This document shows positions 62,586 through 64,000 of a DNA stretch of 64,000 nt, piece by piece; positions within the stretch are counted from its first letter, which is position 1, and each line of letters begins with the position of its first letter. The position numbers and the translations under genes are program-made. The notes beneath the pieces are model-generated. The model was not told the origin of the DNA, ran no database searches, and saw only the letters and a program-made list of their open reading frames with translations. Origin of the DNA: the human T2T-CHM13v2.0 reference genome, Homo sapiens; assembly GCF_009914755.1 (NCBI RefSeq), contig NC_060926.1; one strand, 5' to 3'.

Positions 62586-64000
62586 TAAGTTGCTTCTTTC
62601 TTCCTGAATTTTACTATTATTAGGTCAAAGAAGCCATGCAGCATCCTCAACAATTTGCTGCCGAGATATTTCTTTTAGCAAACATCCTAGTTTACGGTTC
62701 TTAAAGTCTGCTTTCGCACATTGCTGGGACACAAAGATAATTCAGCCAAGTTCTTTACCACTTTATATAAAGGATGGCCCTTCCTCCATTGTGCAATACC
62801 ATGCTCCTCATTTCCATCTAAGACCTTATCAGTATTACTTCTAGTGTCTATGTTGCTAACAATATTCTGTATACATTTACTTAGTAATCTTAGAGATGAT
62901 TTAGGCTTGGCTGTTAGCTGTCCTTCTTCTGAGCCCTCATCAGGAAAGCCCTTAACTCTCTGTTAATGGCAATATAGACTTTTTCTAGCCTCTTCTTTCA
63001 AACCCATCCAGCCTCTGCTCATTACCCAGTTCCAAAGCTGACATAAGTTTTTATGTATTTGTTATGGTAAGAATACCACTTCTGGTACCAATTTCTATCT
63101 TAGTTTGTGTGTGTGTGTGTGTGCTGGTAGAACAGAATACCTGAGAGAGGGAAATTTATAATTGACAGAAATTTATTTTCTCACAGCTCTGGATACTAAG
63201 TTCAACATCATTGTGCTTGCACTTGGCAATGGCATTCTTACTGTGTTATCTCATGGTAAAAGGCTGAATGACAAAAAGGCAAAAGGAAATGAAAGGAGCC
63301 ATCTTATATTGGCATTAATCCCACCCGTGAGAACAGAAGCCTCATAGCTCCATTAATTCTTTAAGGTAACATTACTTAGTAGTATTGCAATAGCAGTTAA
63401 ATTTCGACAAAAGTTTTGGAGGGAACACATATTATAACCTTCTCTGATTTTCTTACCTTTTTGGTTCATCTGGACTCTGGCTAATATTCATCTCAATTAA
63501 CATAATGGTATTTTTAAAAGTGTTATCTGGCTTCCTCTTTTACATTTTCTCTAATTCCATAGCAAGACATCCATTATGAGTTGAGTTTAAATTTGTGGAT
63601 TTACCATGTCTTTGAGGCAGGCCATTGTTTCTCTGAAGAAAGAATCTTTTCACATGAGAGAGAATAAAATCTGAGCTCCCAAACTCCACCTCTATTCTTA
63701 AACCTCAGATTTTAAGGCAGTTTATATTTGTGCTAGTCTGTGGCTAACATCAATGTGTGTTTTAAAAGCCCAATGCTGTTTGGCAGATGATGGCTCTGAC
63801 CATGGCTATATGCTTAGCTTTTCATGTTTTAGGGTTCAGGGATCCATTACTCCTGCAGAAGATAATTCACTCAGAAACTGAGGATCAGAATCTTTGGAGC
63901 TTTCCCTAAACCAAATTTGGCCCTTCAGCCCATAGGCTTATAATGGACAGTTGACAACAGTCCTTGACGAGTGATTCCTCCTTGGAAGTCTCACAAAAAT

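Overview
Primate genomic DNA, almost certainly human 2p12, from inside the REG gene cluster. It holds one intact protein-coding gene, REG1B (lithostathine-1-beta), on the minus strand: 6 exons and a 166-aa CDS join(37930..37867, 37248..37130, 36822..36685, 35921..35810, 35601..35534), with TATA, STAT3-type and PTF1-type promoter sites and an AATAAA signal. The rest is mostly transposon-derived: a HERV-H provirus inserted in a (GATA)n tract, a HERVH48/MER48 provirus with a Phe PBS, a 5'-truncated L1PA7-like element, a near full-length L1PA2/3 with an intact ORF0, and many solo LTRs, Alus, MIRs, L2 and old L1s. The less obvious structure is duplication archaeology. A ~1.2-kb module is present three times and carries a splice-bounded, stop-free exon-like core with synonymous bias. 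Two of the three copies lie within a larger tandem duplication. An orphan paralogue of the REG1B promoter at ~22.6-22.9 kb has no REG gene behind it. Repeat subfamily names come from remembered consensus sequences, and boundaries of old repeats are approximate.
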